Below, in pieces: positions 62,431 to 64,000 of a stretch of 64,000 nucleotides of DNA. Every line of letters starts with the position of its first letter. Positions within the stretch are counted from its first letter, which is position 1. A program made the position numbers and the translations under genes. The stretch covers positions 8,432,001-8,496,000 of the forward strand of contig JBHGNT010000001.1 of assembly GCA_043228905.1 (NCBI GenBank), written 5' to 3'. Under the pieces are notes generated by a model, which was given only the letters and a program-made list of their open reading frames with translations, searched no databases and was not told where the DNA came from. This DNA comes from Azolla caroliniana. Lineage: Eukaryota; Plantae; Polypodiophyta.

Positions 62431-64000
62431 TGTTGACAACCATTATATGAGGGCACATTTAGTATTGTACAAAAGGTATTATGGTCTAACATATTTGTTA
62501 TGTACACATAACATAGGTGAGGGTAGGTCACTAATATATACATAAGTGAAGGGTATGTTCACTAATGTTAAAAAGGGGACTAATGTGATTGGATAGAAGG
62601 AATGATAGGTACATCCACTATCATGATTTGGACAACCAATGAATGGAGAGCCTTTTAGAAAGACACATCTATTCAAGGGGCCTAGGAAAAGGTATAAATA
62701 TGAGGCTTATCTACCCTCATTAGGACATTACGTCGGAAGGTTGTTGTCTTAGGCACCAGAGGTGGGGGCTAGACTTTCGTCTCGACGATCATGTTATCTT
62801 TTCCAAGGTATTAAACATCCTAATATCTGGCGGTATGGGACGTCGGTGGTAGGTTGACTATGTCTAGATCATAGCTCGGGGGTGGTCGGGTGGAACGGGT
62901 TCTTCAATCCAATCTATTTTCCTTCTTTTTAGTTTATTTTGGTCTATTGGTTAGTAATAGACTCTCTTAACAGTGGCATCAGAGCATTTAACAACAATTT
63001 TTTTTTGTTGTTTTGAAGTTTTTTGCGTGTGAGCGATGGGGATCTAACAAGGCTCATCATGGTCTTCTCAAGATCAAAACAACATTCTAAACCCCGTATT
63101 TTTGTTTCTCTATCTCTCTCCTTTTCTATGATGCGTTATTCAGTTGGTCGCATGGCAATTGTATTACATTTTCTTTTCTTTTTTTTCTTCTTTCTTCTTT
63201 CTACGATGATACGAGCGTGTTTGCACTAATCACACACACTCAACTCATGGCCCTTTTACATATTGCGATGTATCTCCCACTCTTCCCTCTCTTGAGCCAC
63301 CTCTTACGCTAATAATTATTCTTGTGCATCGGGATGAGCGTGTTTGCCCTAATCGCACACGCTCACCTCATGGTCCTTTTGCATATGATGTTGAGTATGT
63401 CATTCTTCCCTTTATTGAGCCATCACTTGGCCGATTCTATGGGATGTTGTGGCCTTGATGAGGTGTATGTCGCCTACCTATGCCACTCTACTCCACATTG
63501 AACCATCACTTGGCTAATTCTATGGGACGTTGTGGCCTTGACAAGGTATATGTCGCTTACCTATGCCACTCTACTCTCTATTGAGGCATCACTTGGCCGA
63601 TTCTATGCCAGGATGTGGTGGTCTTGAGGAGGTGCATGTCGACTACCCTAGGGTTTCTTACCTTAGGGCATGCTTAATGTTTCATACACCTAATTGATTA
63701 TTATTCTAATTATTTTCTAATTACACAAGTTATCTTCCCACTTTCTTAAGATTTTCTTGTGATTGTCATCTACCCACACACACTTCACTTTTTTTTTACC
63801 CTTATTTTTCATGTTTAAAGTATTAATGTGCGTTTACCTATTATGTAATGCTTCCATGTAAACTATTTTTTCGTATTGAGTGGGCATCATGCCGCTGTTT
63901 TAGACCATTTTTTCCAACGGGTCATCTAGGTTTAACTCATATTATCGAGCCTTAGGCCTCGAGTAAAACCACACAGTTCCCCTATTGACGTTTTACTCAT
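62431..64000 (+). mobile_element. 5' LTR (~62431-62972), tRNA-Met primer-binding site and non-coding leader of an LTR retrotransposon
   Basis: TGTTGA...TTAACA, followed one base later by TGGCATCAGAGC (62974-62985, close to the initiator-Met site TGGTATCAGAGC). TATAAATA at ~62693. The LTR 5' boundary is tentative. Confidence 0.72.
63210..63650. repeat. Tandem repeats in the retroelement leader (2 x ~124 bp; 3 x ~83 bp)
   Basis: GAGCGTGTTTGC.CTAATC at ~63212 and ~63336. CATCACTTGGC..ATTCTATG at ~63421, 63504 and 63587. Confidence 0.88.

Overview
Eukaryotic, AT-rich plant nuclear DNA with GT-AG introns. A fern or similar seed-free vascular plant is inferred from the PLS-PPR style and the cryptochrome, but the taxon is not proven. 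Eight host genes are supported: a 3-exon uncharacterised 'MSRCxPxPPPGY...LPYVVP' family gene that the ORF track splits, two intronless PLS-class PPR genes without a DYW domain, an F-box/PP2 gene, a papain-like C1A cysteine protease, a plant cryptochrome, a P-class PPR gene and an atypical dirigent-like gene. Mobile DNA includes the 3' half of a Ty3/Gypsy element with a large extra ORF and a 3' LTR, a solo LTR with a target-site duplication (TSD), two decayed Gypsy relics, LINE 3' ends, an LTR plus primer-binding site at the right edge, and a 145-bp TG...CA hairpin element with a 5-bp TSD. The most notable observations are four: the ~930-codon extra retroelement ORF, the hairpin element, gene-specific degenerate tandem arrays at the 5' end of most genes (often just after the first splice donor), and a tandem repeat that separates a PPR gene from its likely start codon. 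All coordinates and splice models were read by eye, with no database searches.
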